Notes: generated by a model not told the origin, from the letters alone. A stretch of 64,000 bases of DNA from Bacteroidota bacterium (GCA_038528965.1 JBCBEC010000022.1:4640-68639); one strand, 5' to 3'. Shown: positions 1-10,381, counted from the stretch's first letter. Program-made: numbers and translations.

Positions 1-1211
1 TTATCGATAATTTTGGCTGGACGTTTGATGTAGGTGGTGGCCACATGGAGTCCTTTTCTGAATGGCACCCTACGGTTACTTTCCCAGGCGTGGGCACTTA
101 CGAAGGGCAGTTGATTCTCAACGAGAATACAGATTGTGGGGATACCGCTCGCATCTTCGTGAATATTTTCCCGTCGATTGATGCTAATTTTTCTTTCGCT
201 TACGACACTTGCGTGGCGGGCCCGGTGGCCTTCACGGATTTGTCTACGACTGGCTCTTGTTGCCTAACGGATTGGTCCTGGCAATTTGGGGATGGTAGTT
301 CCTCTATCACGCAAAATCCCGAACACATCTACCAACAGCCAGGAGATATACCCGTAACCTTAACAGTAGAGGACATTAACTCCTGCGAGAGCAGCCTGAC
401 GCAAATTGTACCTTATTATCCGGTACCGTCATTGATCGTTATTGCGCCCAGTGAAGAGACTTCCTGCCAACCCGCCGAAATATTTTTTGATAATCTCTCT
501 TTTCCTATTGATACCACCTACGATATCTTCTGGGACCTGGGAGATGGAGGAAGCAGTACGGAGATAAGCCCGACCTATATCTACGAGAATCCTGGTGTTT
601 ACACCGTGAGTGTAGATATCACTTCGCCGATTGGTTGCCAGACAGATACTGTATTTAATGACTTGATCACCGTTCTACCTTCGCCGGTAGCAGGGTTTTC
701 CTATAGTCCTGACCAGCCCAGTAATCTATTTCCTGAGGTACAGTTTACGGATGAATCCACAGGTGCGGTTCATTGGCGCTGGGATTTTGGTGCTCCGCCG
801 CCCAGTAATACACCAAGTCCTACCTTTGTTTTTCCGGATACGGGCCTGTATCTAGTATCACAAATAGTTACTCATCCGAGTGGCTGTACCGATACTTTGA
901 CAGCCCTGATCGATGTGATCCCTGAAATACGCTATTATCTGCCTAATGCCTTTAGCCCTAATGGAGACGGAGCGAATGATACCTTCAAAGGAAAAGGCTT
1001 TTTGAAAGGGATCAGTGAGTTTCAATTCCGCATCTGGAATCGTTGGGGGGAACCTGTTTTTACTACCACAGATCCAGATCTAGCTTGGAATGGTCAGAAG
1101 AACAATGTGGGTGCTTTAGCCCCGAATGGGGTGTACTTAGTGGTCGTGACATTTAAGGACCCACGTGGTCAGCCCATTGAGATGAAAGGTTACGCAACCT
1201 TAATTCGATAA
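1..1211 (+). CDS. Partial (5'-truncated at the window edge) secreted adhesin-like protein with PKD-like repeats and a gliding-motility/T9SS C-terminal sorting domain
   Basis: Frame is open from nt 3 with no upstream stop, so the ATG at 45 is probably internal. Repeated FGDG/WDFGDG/VxLTV motifs are PKD-like. The C-terminus 'YYLPNAFSPNGDGANDTFKGKG...' matches the Bacteroidetes gliding-motility-associated C-terminal (CHU_C / T9SS type B) domain. Confidence 0.6.
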   Translation, partial: IDNFGWTFDVGGGHMESFSEWHPTVTFPGVGTYEGQLILNENTDCGDTARIFVNIFPSIDANFSFAYDTCVAGPVAFTDLSTTGSCCLTDWSWQFGDGSSSITQNPEHIYQQPGDIPVTLTVEDINSCESSLTQIVPYYPVPSLIVIAPSEETSCQPAEIFFDNLSFPIDTTYDIFWDLGDGGSSTEISPTYIYENPGVYTVSVDITSPIGCQTDTVFNDLITVLPSPVAGFSYSPDQPSNLFPEVQFTDESTGAVHWRWDFGAPPPSNTPSPTFVFPDTGLYLVSQIVTHPSGCTDTLTALIDVIPEIRYYLPNAFSPNGDGANDTFKGKGFLKGISEFQFRIWNRWGEPVFTTTDPDLAWNGQKNNVGALAPNGVYLVVVTFKDPRGQPIEMKGYATLIR

Positions 1212-1250
1212 AAAATAAAACATTATTGTTTGTTTTGTCCTGAAAAGCTT

Positions 1251-1258
1251 TACCTTTG
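1251..1258 (+). promoter_or_regulatory. Candidate Bacteroidetes -7 promoter element (TAnnTTTG) upstream of rplS
   Basis: 'tacctttg' sits 23 nt upstream of the rplS ATG. Bacteroidetes sigmaA promoters use a TAnnTTTG -7 box rather than TATAAT. Confidence 0.3.
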
Positions 1259-1280
1259 CACGGCTAAAAATAGGACAACG

Positions 1281-1631
1281 ATGGACGCCATTAAATTTGT
1301 ACACGAACAACTCACTCCCAAGCCGGAACATCCCTCGTTTCGCGCTGGTGATAACGTTATCGTAAGCTATAGAATCGTGGAAGGTGATAAGGAGCGTATC
1401 CAGGACTTCCGCGGTGATGTAATTCAAGTAAAAGGAGAGGGTGCTACCCGTACTTTCACTGTTCGCAAAATGTCGAACGGTGTAGGTGTAGAGCGTATTT
1501 TCCCGATCTCCTCGCCAAATATTGTAGGCCTCAAAGTGACGAAGCACGGTAAAGTGCGCCGTTCTCGCCTGTATTATCTACGTGACCGTGTAGGTAAGAA
1601 GGCTCGTATCAAAGAGCGTCGTCGTCTCTAA
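1281..1631 (+). CDS. rplS: 50S ribosomal protein L19
   Basis: Translation from the internal Met '[11 protein letters not shown]...[28 protein letters not shown]...[20 protein letters not shown]' has the length and conserved blocks of bL19. The ORF-track start at 1230 adds 17 atypical residues, so 1281 is preferred. Confidence 0.85.
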   Translation: MDAIKFVHEQLTPKPEHPSFRAGDNVIVSYRIVEGDKERIQDFRGDVIQVKGEGATRTFTVRKMSNGVGVERIFPISSPNIVGLKVTKHGKVRRSRLYYLRDRVGKKARIKERRRL

Positions 1632-1666
1632 AGCCTAGTTTTCTATTCTAAATAGAAAATCCATTG

Positions 1667-1700
1667 ATCCCGAATACTGCTGGTGTAGTGTTCGGGATTA
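1667..1700 (+). terminator. Stem-loop downstream of rplS (likely intrinsic terminator)
   Basis: Perfect inverted repeat 'atcccgaa...ttcgggat' with a GT-rich loop, followed by a T-rich stretch. It is preceded by a second AT palindrome 'ttttctattctaaatagaaaa' at 1639-1660. Confidence 0.45.
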
Positions 1701-2116
1701 GTTGTTTATGCCCGTAACTTGAGCGAAGAATAAAGAGAAGTGCAGAGCTGAAATAATTTTTCCATTGCTGGTCCGTTAACATACTGCTACGAGAAAGCTA
1801 ATACAGCATCTAGTCAATTTTCATTGGTTACGGAAACCCCCTAAGTGCGTCGTACTGCATGTGCGTCGACGATTTTTCGTGCTAATCCGCCTACGGAGCA
1901 TTGCAGCATAAATTGCCTCCCATTCGTTTTACATTTGTGAAGCTTTGCAATTTTAGCATTTTCCTCAGCTGTGGCTTAGATGTTTTCCCATTCCCAGTTG
2001 GACATTCATCCCTGAAATTGCTTAAATTTCACAAATTATTGCCTAATCGCAACCTGAGGTAGGTCAAACCTGTAGCCTGGTTCAAGCCCTATCCGATTAG
2101 CCGAAACCACCATTAT

Positions 2117-5100
2117 ATGAGAATATCCATCGTCCTTGTCGCTTTAGTTTCGCTTTTTTCGTCCTCCCTTTCACTGCAGGCCCAGGCCTGTGATCAGCAT
2201 ATTGCTGATGACCGGATTATCGCCGGAACCCACATCCTGCGGTCTGTCCAAACTACGATGGTGGTCCGCGGAAACTATTCTTACGCCCTTGCCTTGATGT
2301 CAGATGACAAGGGAATTACTGCTCGGATGGAATCGAGTGGTGGTATTGAGTTCAACCAGGATGATGAAGTCATCTTTATGGACGCTAATCAAGTCCGTCG
2401 TAGTTATCGCTTCATTGGTATGGGAGAGATGGAACGCCAGGGTGGCATTCCCGTTCACACCAACTTGTTGCAATTGGATATGACGGCCTTGCAGTGGTTC
2501 TCTGATAATAATATCACCACTATCTACCTTAAGAACAATATCAGCAACGAGATGCGGAAGTTCACGCTAACTTCCAATCGCTTGCAGGCTTTCAATACGA
2601 TGGCTCGGTGTTTTTACCAGGTTTTAGATCCGAATAAGGTGGTAGACAGGGGAGAAGCTGGATTACTGATTCCGTCGGCGAACCCAGGAGCGAGGACCTC
2701 CTCGGCGGCTTCGTCGGGTAATAGTGGTGCCAATACCGGCAGTCGGCCCGCCGCACCCACCAGTGACGACGAGTTGGTGGATCTTCGTAGACAACTATCG
2801 GAAACCAAGGACCGACTTCGTAACGAGATTGACGCAGAACGCCGGAAGGCCGATCAGATTAAGAGCAATCTGCAAGAAGAAGTCGCCGCAGCTCGTGAGC
2901 AAGCCGCTCAACAAAAGCAGCAGTATGCAGATGAGGTATTAGAAGCTCGTCAGCAAGCACAAAAAGCGATACAAGAGGCACAAGCCTCTTCCGCTGAAGC
3001 GGTACAGGCAGCGCGCCAAAGGGCGGATGATGAAATGAGCGAAATCAATGAAGGGGTTGTCGCCGCTCGGCAAAGAGCTCAAGAGGCCATTCAAACGGCC
3101 CAAGTCGAATCGGCGGAGGCCGTAAAGCAGGCTCGTGACCAGGCTGCTCAGGAGATGGAGCAGGTGCGTCAACGTTTGGATGAGGCCAAGACGGCTTATG
3201 CGGATGAGGTAGCCAGTGCACGGGAAACATCCGATGCCGAGTTGAATCGAATTCGGGATGAGACTGCCGCTTCCATTCAGCGCGCTCGTGAGCAAGCCCA
3301 GGTAGAGCGGGAACGTACGACGGAGGAGGTGGTAGAATCGAAAGAAACCGCAGCTGAGCAAATTCTTCGTGTTCAGGAAGAGACTGCACAAGAGGTGGCT
3401 GCTGCCCGAGAGCGGGGTGTGCAGGAGAAAGAACAAGTAGCCTTTGATGTAGCAGAGGCGCGTCGAAAGGCAGCTGAGCAAAAGGCCTTGGTTGAGCAGC
3501 AAAATTCAGCTGAAATTGCCGAGCTGCGAGAGAACGTAGCCAAAGAAAAAGAAACGGCGACCGTGGCCATTGCTGAGGCCAGAGAACGTGCAGCTGAAGA
3601 AGTAGAAAAAATCAGGGCACAAGTAGAAGAAGAACGCAATAAAGCGGCAGGTGAAGTAAGTGCTACCCAGCAATCATCGGCTGATGCGATTGCGGCCAGT
3701 AGGCAAGCGGTAGCCGATGAGCAAGCTAGTGCCGCAGCCGAAGTACAAGCGGCACGCGAGAGAGCCAGCCAGTCTATTTCCAGTATCAACGAAGAGGAGG
3801 CCGCTGCGGTAGCAGATGCCCGCGAGCGTTCAGCGCAAGAAAAAGAAGAGATTGCAGCAGAGGTGGAAGCTGCAAGAACCCGTGCACGCGAAGAAATTGA
3901 GCGGATTCAGCAAGAAACCCAGGAGGAGTTAGCCGCTTCTCGTGCCCGACAGGAAGAGATCCAAAAAGCTGCGGCAGCTGAGGTTGAGGCGGCTCGCCAA
4001 AAAGCTGAACAAGAAATTGCAGCTGCCAGAACAGCCGCAGAGGAGCAGGTAACCGAAACACAGAGCCAGGCCCAAGCTGCTAAGGATCGCTATGCGGAAG
4101 AGGTAGCGAGTGCCCAACAACAAGCTGCTAAGCGGCAAGAATCCATTGCCGAGGAAGCCGCTGCGGCAATTGCTGAGGCAAAGAGCCGAGAAGAAGAAAT
4201 GCTGAATGCTTCTGCTTCTGAAATACAGGAGGCTCGGGAGCGTTCCGCAAAGGAACTCACTGCCGAACGGGAGCGTGTGGCACAAGAAATTGCTACTGCT
4301 CGCCAGCAAGCCGCTAAGGTGCAGGAAGAAACTGCCACCGAAGTAGCTACTGCTCGCCGGGATGCAGCCGAAGAAATTGCAACTATACGTCAGCAGGAGG
4401 CGGAGAAGGTAAAAGAAGCCAGCGAGCAGGCAGCCATTGAGTTACAAAAGCAAGCCAATAGTCTGGCCGCCGAGCGGGAACGTGTAGCCGCTGAGAAGGC
4501 CAAAATTCAGGAAGGCTTGGCCAATGAGGTGAAGCAAGCTCGCGAAAATGCAGCCCAGGAAAAAGAGCGCCTAGCACTGGATGTACTGGATGCTCGTCAG
4601 GCGTCCTCGGATAAGCTCCAAGAAACCCGTGAGCAGGAAGCAGAAGCAGTAGCAAAGGCCCAGCGGGACGCTAGTGAACGCATTCAACTATCACGGGATC
4701 AGGCGGATAAGGAAGAGAAAGCTTCTGCGGATCGTATTGCCAAGGCTCGCGAAAGAGCCGACCTGGAGATGCAAACGCTACGGGATCGGGTAAGAGCGGA
4801 ACTAGAGCGTACTAATGCCGAAACAGCAGAGAAAAAAGCGAGCTACGCTGCGGATGCAGAAGCCGAACGGGAGCGTTTGCAAGCGGAAGTAGCTGCGGTA
4901 CGTCAAGAAACATCTGAGACGATTTACGAGGCGCGCCGCCAGGCCACAGAGCAGATTACCAAGGTGAAAGAAGATAACGCTTCGGCTATTGCCGTCGAAC
5001 GAGCTAATGCTGAAGAAGCCAAGGAGAGAATCCGCCAACAAGTAACGAGCGGGGAAACTCGTTTGCGCGACTTACAGGAACAGATTAGAGTGGCCGAAGA

Positions 5101-5146
5101 ACGCCTGCGACAATTGGAAAAGCAGAACAATGGGAATGGTAATTAA
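2117..5146 (+). CDS. Secreted 1009-aa protein: signal peptide, ~230-aa globular N-domain, then ~780 aa of Ala/Glu/Gln/Arg-rich coiled coil
   Basis: The N-terminus 'MRISIVLVALVSLFSSSLSLQAQA' is signal-peptide-like. The remainder is low-complexity heptad-like 'AxEARxxAxQE' repeats ending in 'LRQLEKQNNGNGN'. The many antisense ORFs across this span are composition artefacts. Confidence 0.7.
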   Translation: MRISIVLVALVSLFSSSLSLQAQACDQHIADDRIIAGTHILRSVQTTMVVRGNYSYALALMSDDKGITARMESSGGIEFNQDDEVIFMDANQVRRSYRFIGMGEMERQGGIPVHTNLLQLDMTALQWFSDNNITTIYLKNNISNEMRKFTLTSNRLQAFNTMARCFYQVLDPNKVVDRGEAGLLIPSANPGARTSSAASSGNSGANTGSRPAAPTSDDELVDLRRQLSETKDRLRNEIDAERRKADQIKSNLQEEVAAAREQAAQQKQQYADEVLEARQQAQKAIQEAQASSAEAVQAARQRADDEMSEINEGVVAARQRAQEAIQTAQVESAEAVKQARDQAAQEMEQVRQRLDEAKTAYADEVASARETSDAELNRIRDETAASIQRAREQAQVERERTTEEVVESKETAAEQILRVQEETAQEVAAARERGVQEKEQVAFDVAEARRKAAEQKALVEQQNSAEIAELRENVAKEKETATVAIAEARERAAEEVEKIRAQVEEERNKAAGEVSATQQSSADAIAASRQAVADEQASAAAEVQAARERASQSISSINEEEAAAVADARERSAQEKEEIAAEVEAARTRAREEIERIQQETQEELAASRARQEEIQKAAAAEVEAARQKAEQEIAAARTAAEEQVTETQSQAQAAKDRYAEEVASAQQQAAKRQESIAEEAAAAIAEAKSREEEMLNASASEIQEARERSAKELTAERERVAQEIATARQQAAKVQEETATEVATARRDAAEEIATIRQQEAEKVKEASEQAAIELQKQANSLAAERERVAAEKAKIQEGLANEVKQARENAAQEKERLALDVLDARQASSDKLQETREQEAEAVAKAQRDASERIQLSRDQADKEEKASADRIAKARERADLEMQTLRDRVRAELERTNAETAEKKASYAADAEAERERLQAEVAAVRQETSETIYEARRQATEQITKVKEDNASAIAVERANAEEAKERIRQQVTSGETRLRDLQEQIRVAEERLRQLEKQNNGNGN

Positions 5147-5179
5147 TTGGCCATGATCAAGGTTGTTTTGCTAGAGAAG

Positions 5180-5220
5180 AGACCTCCATCGAATTTTTTC
5201 GATGGAGGTCTGTTGTTTTT
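5180..5220 (+). terminator. Rho-independent terminator after the coiled-coil gene
   Basis: A 14-bp perfect stem 'agacctccatcgaa/ttcgatggaggtct' with a tttt loop, followed by 'gttgttttt'. Confidence 0.6.
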
Positions 5221-5397
5221 AAGAGATTGATAGTTAATTGGTTGTGTTTGTTTTAGCCGCTTGAGATTGTAAACAAAAATCGAGTTATTTAATTTTTTCG
5301 ATGAGGATTTTTCAACAGTTAGTGGCATCCAAATTTCTAATACACTACACTTTCTTAAACATGACTTAGGCATGAAACGGCACCGCTCTGATAATCG

Positions 5398-5405
5398 TAT
5401 CTTTG
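5398..5405 (+). promoter_or_regulatory. Candidate -7 promoter element (TAnnTTTG) upstream of the sensor kinase gene
   Basis: 'tatctttg' lies 25 nt upstream of the ATG at 5430. Confidence 0.25.
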
Positions 5406-5429
5406 TAGCCAATATTTGAGCAAAGCCGT

Positions 5430-6437
5430 ATGCGAAATCGCAGATTACAGTTACTGACTTATTTCGTGCTGGGTTATATGACCTTAGCTTTCGTTTGGTG
5501 GTCGGTACTGTTGTGGACAAAGAATCAAGATGCCTACCGGGCCAAAATTGAGTTACAGCAACTTGGAATGGCTGCGGAGGGTGCCATTTCCAGTCCAATG
5601 GATTTTTATACCTCTGAGCGCTATCAGGAGCTGAAGAAGGCTTATCGCCGTCAGGAACGCATGATCTTGGGCGAGACCATCTTTCTGTCGATCAGCTTAT
5701 TAGCCGGTATGTATGTTATTTATTTGGGGTATCGTAGAGAAGTCAAGGCCTCGAGGCAGCAGCGCAATTTCTTGTTATCTATAACCCACGAGCTCAAAAG
5801 CCCAATTGCTGGGATACGACTGGCTCTGGAGACAATTGCTAAACGTGGAGATCAATTGCCAGTGGACAAACGGCAGCAGCTGAGTGAACGTGGTATTAAA
5901 GAAGCAGATCGTTTGAATAAACTAGTTGAGGATTTGCTGCTATCTGCTCGTCTGGAAAACGCCTATCAGTTTCAACAGGAACCTTTGGACTTGACGCAGA
6001 TGGCTAAACGGATTGTCGGGCGGATGAAGCAACAGCGTCCGGATGCGCACATACAACTCGATATTGCACCTGATGTGCCCCAGATTCAGGGTGATCGTCA
6101 GGCGCTTACCTCTGTGTTAATCAATTTGGTGGAAAATGCCTTGAAGTATTCAGGTGGTCAACCTGACGTAAATGTAAAATTGCACACTGCAGCGAACCAA
6201 GAAGTCGTACTGGAAGTAGAAGATCATGGCATTGGCATATCGAATTTAGATAAGGAACGCATCTTTGAAAAGTTCTACCGGGTTGGTAGTGAGGATACTC
6301 GCAGAACAAAAGGTACTGGTTTGGGGTTGTTCATCGTGAAAGAACTGGTTCGTGCCCATCAAGGGCACATCAGTGTGAGTGATAATGAGCCCCAAGGAAC
6401 AATTTTTAAGGTTACCTTACCGGCACTTGCTGCCTGA
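5430..6437 (+). CDS. Two-component sensor histidine kinase (2 TM, HisKA + HATPase_c)
   Basis: Two N-terminal hydrophobic helices. H-box 'SITHELKSPIAGIRLALE'. N/G boxes 'NLVENALKYS...DHGIGI...GTGLGLFIVKELVRAHQGHISV'. Confidence 0.8.
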   Translation: MRNRRLQLLTYFVLGYMTLAFVWWSVLLWTKNQDAYRAKIELQQLGMAAEGAISSPMDFYTSERYQELKKAYRRQERMILGETIFLSISLLAGMYVIYLGYRREVKASRQQRNFLLSITHELKSPIAGIRLALETIAKRGDQLPVDKRQQLSERGIKEADRLNKLVEDLLLSARLENAYQFQQEPLDLTQMAKRIVGRMKQQRPDAHIQLDIAPDVPQIQGDRQALTSVLINLVENALKYSGGQPDVNVKLHTAANQEVVLEVEDHGIGISNLDKERIFEKFYRVGSEDTRRTKGTGLGLFIVKELVRAHQGHISVSDNEPQGTIFKVTLPALAA

Positions 6438-6475
6438 TTTACCCAAGCTGTTCCAGAAAATTTGATCGTAAAACT

Positions 6476-7159
6476 ATGCTAAGAATACTTTTAGTAGAAG
6501 ACGAAGAAAACATCCGCGAGACCGTCAAACTCAACCTAGAGTTGGAAGACTATGAAGTAGTGACTACTGACGATGGTAGACAAGCACTAAAGTATACCCG
6601 CGAACAACACTTCGACCTCCTGATTTTGGATGTGATGCTTCCAGAGGTAGACGGATTCCAAATCTGTGAGCAAGTTCGCTTAACCAATCGTGATGTGCCA
6701 ATTATCTTCCTTACGGCAAAAGATACGGCTCAAGATCGAATCACCGGTTTACGCAAAGGTGCCGATGATTACCTGGTCAAGCCTTTCAATTTGGAAGAAT
6801 TGCTGCTGCGGGTAGAAAAACTGATCCAGCGCACGAGCAAAGCGCCAGAAGTGACCCCTGATATCTACAATTTCGGAGAGAATACGATCAATTTTGCGAC
6901 TTACGAGGCAAATGGAAACCCCGGCACCTTTACGCTTACTAAGAAGGAGGCTATGCTGCTCAAGTTGCTCATTGACCGCAAGGGAGAGGTCGTAAGCCGT
7001 CAGCAGATTTTGCAATCTGTTTGGGGGTATGATGTGTATCCGAGTACACGCACAATTGACAACTTTATCCTTTCCTTCCGCAAATATTTTGAGCAGGAAC
7101 CACGTGATCCTCAGTTCTTCCTTTCGGTACGTGGGGTCGGCTATAAATTTGTTGGGTAG
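6476..7159 (+). CDS. OmpR/PhoB-family response regulator
   Basis: REC domain 'ILLVEDEENI...DLLILDVMLPEVDGF...LTAKD' plus a C-terminal winged-helix 'ILQSVWGYDV...TIDNFILSFRKYF...VRGVGYKF'. Follows the kinase gene after 38 nt. Confidence 0.85.
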   Translation: MLRILLVEDEENIRETVKLNLELEDYEVVTTDDGRQALKYTREQHFDLLILDVMLPEVDGFQICEQVRLTNRDVPIIFLTAKDTAQDRITGLRKGADDYLVKPFNLEELLLRVEKLIQRTSKAPEVTPDIYNFGENTINFATYEANGNPGTFTLTKKEAMLLKLLIDRKGEVVSRQQILQSVWGYDVYPSTRTIDNFILSFRKYFEQEPRDPQFFLSVRGVGYKFVG

Positions 7160-7167
7160 TAGCCGCG

Positions 7168-8292
7168 TTGCTTTTCCGGCAACTTCCCTATCTTAACGGG
7201 GTAAAGTTGGACGATATGCAGCAGGAGTTAAGCAAATACCTGGAAGAGTTATTGTTTTATCATGATCGCTTAAGCGTACCAGGCTTAGGTACGTTTGAGT
7301 TGAGTCATGCACCCGCCTTGATTGATCAGGTGCAGGGCCAGGTAAGTGCGCCCGCCAAGAATATCCAGTTCAACCCTAATTTGGTCATGGACGACGGACT
7401 GTTGACGGATTTTATCCAGCAGCGGTTGGGGTGGTCCCTATCGGAAACCAAGCAGTGGCTGGCCGGGCAAGTGGCGGAAATGAATGCTGCCTTGGATCGC
7501 AAGGAAATTGTGGAGTTGCCAGGAGTAGGTCGCTTTTTCCGAAATTTCGAAAATCAGCTTCAGTTTGTAGCGGAGAACGTGAACTTTAACTTGGATAGCT
7601 ACGGCTTACAAAAAGTGGCTGGTCAGTTAGTCCCTCGCGCTGAGGCCGAAAAGATTCCTGCCTTAAAGAAGAAACTGCCCAACACTCCGCCCACAAAGAG
7701 TGCGACTACTGCTCCTAAACAGGATCTAACTTCTATCATAGCTGCTAATTTGACTTGGGTTCTAGCCGGAGTACTGGTCCTGGTTTTGGTTATGGTATAT
7801 ACTTTCTATCCAAGGAAAGCAGCGGAGGCTCCCAATAATGAGAATATTGCCAATTTACCACAGGAGCGACTCAATGCTAGTCCTTCCAGAGTACCGGAGG
7901 AAGAAACTGCTCCAGCGCCTTCCGGTGAGGATGGTGCTACTAATCCATTAACCGGTACGCCAGAGCGTCCAGTAGATCAAGAAGGCCAGGACGCTACCGA
8001 GAATACGGAAACAGATACAGAAGCTCCAACCTTAGCACCCGAGGAACACTCAGCGGTAATTGCAGTGGGCTTATTTGGTAACCCTGATAATGTTCAGCGA
8101 CTACTAGAACAACTTTCTAAAGAAGGCTACGCACCGATCTCTCGACCAGAGAATGGCAATACTCGGGTTGGAGTAAGCGTACGCTATCAGCAGGAGCGAG
8201 AACTGCAAAATTTCCTACAGGAAATCAGAGACAAATACGCCTCTAGCGCGTTTATCCTAACTCGTGATGGGGAGGAAGTGAATGAGCGCTAG
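7168..8292 (+). CDS. HU-like DNA-binding-domain / SPOR-domain protein with central TM segment
   Basis: The N-terminal 'ELSKYLEELLFYHDRLSVPGLGTFEL' resembles the HU-CCDC81-type domain found in Bacteroidetes. A TM helix sits near residue 190. The C-terminal 'AVIAVGLFGNPDNVQRLLEQLSKEGYAP...GVSVRYQ' is a SPOR-like fold. The true start may be the internal Met at 7216. Confidence 0.55.
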   Translation: MLFRQLPYLNGVKLDDMQQELSKYLEELLFYHDRLSVPGLGTFELSHAPALIDQVQGQVSAPAKNIQFNPNLVMDDGLLTDFIQQRLGWSLSETKQWLAGQVAEMNAALDRKEIVELPGVGRFFRNFENQLQFVAENVNFNLDSYGLQKVAGQLVPRAEAEKIPALKKKLPNTPPTKSATTAPKQDLTSIIAANLTWVLAGVLVLVLVMVYTFYPRKAAEAPNNENIANLPQERLNASPSRVPEEETAPAPSGEDGATNPLTGTPERPVDQEGQDATENTETDTEAPTLAPEEHSAVIAVGLFGNPDNVQRLLEQLSKEGYAPISRPENGNTRVGVSVRYQQERELQNFLQEIRDKYASSAFILTRDGEEVNER

Positions 8293-8324
8293 GTTCCATT
8301 CGTATTAGGAAGGTGTAGAGAGAA

Positions 8325-8370
8325 GTTCTCGGAGACCTCAAGGATCTCCGAGAACCCTATTGTTATTTTT
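8325..8370. terminator. Bidirectional terminator between convergent genes
   Basis: An 11-bp perfect stem 'gttctcggaga/tctccgagaac' with a 9-nt loop, followed by 'cctattgttattttt'. It lies between the HU/SPOR stop (8292) and the pullulanase stop (8363). Confidence 0.55.
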
Positions 8371-10381
8371 CAACGAGTAATAAAGCAGAATTTCGACCTA
8401 CCACCATATCTGTAGCACTGGAATCTCCCATGCCGTCTAGATTAATCTTACCGGCATCAATAATTTTGGTCCAATTACCTGCAGGTACTTCAATCCCTTG
8501 CGCTTCATCAGCACCGTTGAAGGCTACAAAAATACGCTTCCACTCATCACCTACGGCCGCTCCGTTGAGCGTATAGGCTATTAGGAGTTCGCTTTCGGTA
8601 TCCATGAACTGCAGATTTTCCTGAATATCTTCTGTGCTAGTCATTCGGAACGCAGGGTGCGCCTTTCGTAGCGCGATAAGGTCGCGATAGTATTCAAACA
8701 CGTCTTTATATTCCGTCTTGCGGTTCCAGTCAATCTGGTTAATCGCATCCGGGGAGTTAAAGGAGTTTTCTACGCCATCTTTGGTTCGTAACATATCAAC
8801 TCCGGCGTGTAGAAAACTGACACCTTGGCTAGTCAGTACCATGGTTCCGGCCAATTTGTGCATTAGAATACGTTCGGTATCGCTAGCACCTGGGCGAGAG
8901 ATGTTTAGGCGATCCCACAGGGTGTGATTATCATGACAACTCATATAAGTCATGCACTGATCGGGCTTAGGAGCCCAGGCCGCATCCGAGTAATTTATGT
9001 TGCCATAATCTACTTGCGGATGCTGCGTAGCAGCAACGATGCCAAATTTGACACTTTCCTTAAGATCCTTATTTCCACTAATGAATCCAGTAGCATCATG
9101 GGTAAATACGTGTCCTTTAATACCATCCCGAATATCATCGCTAAAAGCCGCTACTCCTTTTAGTTGTGGGGTGTTGGCTTTGAGCGCCAATTGATCATCG
9201 GCTACCGGGCTATCGCCGGCTTTCCAACCTTCACCGTAGATAAAGATGGTAGGGTCAATGCTATGGAGGTCCTCGGCCACTGCGTTCATGGTTTCGATAT
9301 CGTGAATACCCATGAGGTCTACTCGGAAGCCATCCATATGGTATTCTTCTGCCCAATAGCGCATGGATTCCACCATGTACTTGCGGAACATTGCACGCTC
9401 AGAGGCCGTCTCATTGCCACAAGCACTAGCATCAGAGAAGGTGCCATCTCCGCGCTGGCGATAATAGTAACCAGGAACCAGTTGGTTAAAGATGGACTCT
9501 TGCGTTTGTCCAGTATGGTTATATACTACATCCAGAATCACGCGAATACCATTGTCATGGAAAGTCTTCATCATCTGCTTGAATTCACTGATGCGCATTT
9601 GCCCATCGTAAGGATCAGAAGAGAAACTGCCCTCTGGAACATTGTAATTCAGTGGATCGTAGCCCCAATTGTACTGCGGTACATCCAGTTTAGTCTCGTC
9701 GATAGAGCGGTGATCAAATACCGGAATTAAATGTACGTGGGTGATTCCCAACTCCTTCAGGTGATCTAAGCCCGTAGCTTCTCCTTCCGGAGATTTCGTG
9801 CCGGACTCCAACAGCCCATAGTATTCGCCAGGGTATCCGGAGCCAGAAGAGGCGTGAATAGTCATGTCACGTACGTGCAACTCGTAGATGATAACTTCAT
9901 TGAAGTTGTTGAGTGCTGGTCGTGTATCGTCATCCCAAGCTTTGGGGTTAGTTCTATTCATGTCCACTACCTGCCCACGTAAACCATTGACACCTACGGC
10001 CTTCACATAAGGGTCGGTTACTTCTGCGTTCCATGTTCCATTGTACTTGGCCTGGAAAGCGTAATAGCGACCTTCAATATTTCCCTGAACCGTAGTTTCC
10101 CAAACACCCTGTTCACCACGGTCGAGTGCGATAGTTTGGAGAGGATCTCCACCGATACCTTTTTCATAAAGGTGCATTTGCAATGCTTCGGCAGCGGGCG
10201 CCCAAACTTTGAACGTGGATTGTGAGAGACTAAAGGTTAGCCCCAGATCGGTGCCATTGTAGACCGGATAGTCATCGTAAGAGGCGTATTCAGGCACAGT
10301 AGCTTCATTTTGACAGCTTACAAAAGTACTACCCAGGAAAACCATGAGTAGTAAACAGACAGCGGTGGTTTGCAGTTTCAT
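8363..10381 (-). CDS. pulA: Type I pullulanase (GH13) lipoprotein
   Basis: Lipoprotein signal 'MKLQTTAVCLLLMVFLGSTFVSC'. GH13 catalytic blocks 'YELHVRD', 'GYDPLNYNVPEGS', 'GFRVDLMG' and 'YGEGW', plus a pullulanase-type N-terminal region. Confidence 0.8.
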   Translation of the reverse strand: MKLQTTAVCLLLMVFLGSTFVSCQNEATVPEYASYDDYPVYNGTDLGLTFSLSQSTFKVWAPAAEALQMHLYEKGIGGDPLQTIALDRGEQGVWETTVQGNIEGRYYAFQAKYNGTWNAEVTDPYVKAVGVNGLRGQVVDMNRTNPKAWDDDTRPALNNFNEVIIYELHVRDMTIHASSGSGYPGEYYGLLESGTKSPEGEATGLDHLKELGITHVHLIPVFDHRSIDETKLDVPQYNWGYDPLNYNVPEGSFSSDPYDGQMRISEFKQMMKTFHDNGIRVILDVVYNHTGQTQESIFNQLVPGYYYRQRGDGTFSDASACGNETASERAMFRKYMVESMRYWAEEYHMDGFRVDLMGIHDIETMNAVAEDLHSIDPTIFIYGEGWKAGDSPVADDQLALKANTPQLKGVAAFSDDIRDGIKGHVFTHDATGFISGNKDLKESVKFGIVAATQHPQVDYGNINYSDAAWAPKPDQCMTYMSCHDNHTLWDRLNISRPGASDTERILMHKLAGTMVLTSQGVSFLHAGVDMLRTKDGVENSFNSPDAINQIDWNRKTEYKDVFEYYRDLIALRKAHPAFRMTSTEDIQENLQFMDTESELLIAYTLNGAAVGDEWKRIFVAFNGADEAQGIEVPAGNWTKIIDAGKINLDGMGDSSATDMVVGRNSALLLVEK

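Noticed and set aside
2614-5130. Many 60-190-aa ORFs on the minus strand and in alternative + frames within 2117..5146
   Set aside because: They are generated by the GC-rich, codon-repetitive coiled-coil gene. Their products are Ser/Ala/Leu/Cys-rich low-complexity strings with no starts in sensible context.
8718-9730. Three + strand ORFs antisense to pulA
   Set aside because: They are antisense to a well-supported GH13 gene and have no motifs.
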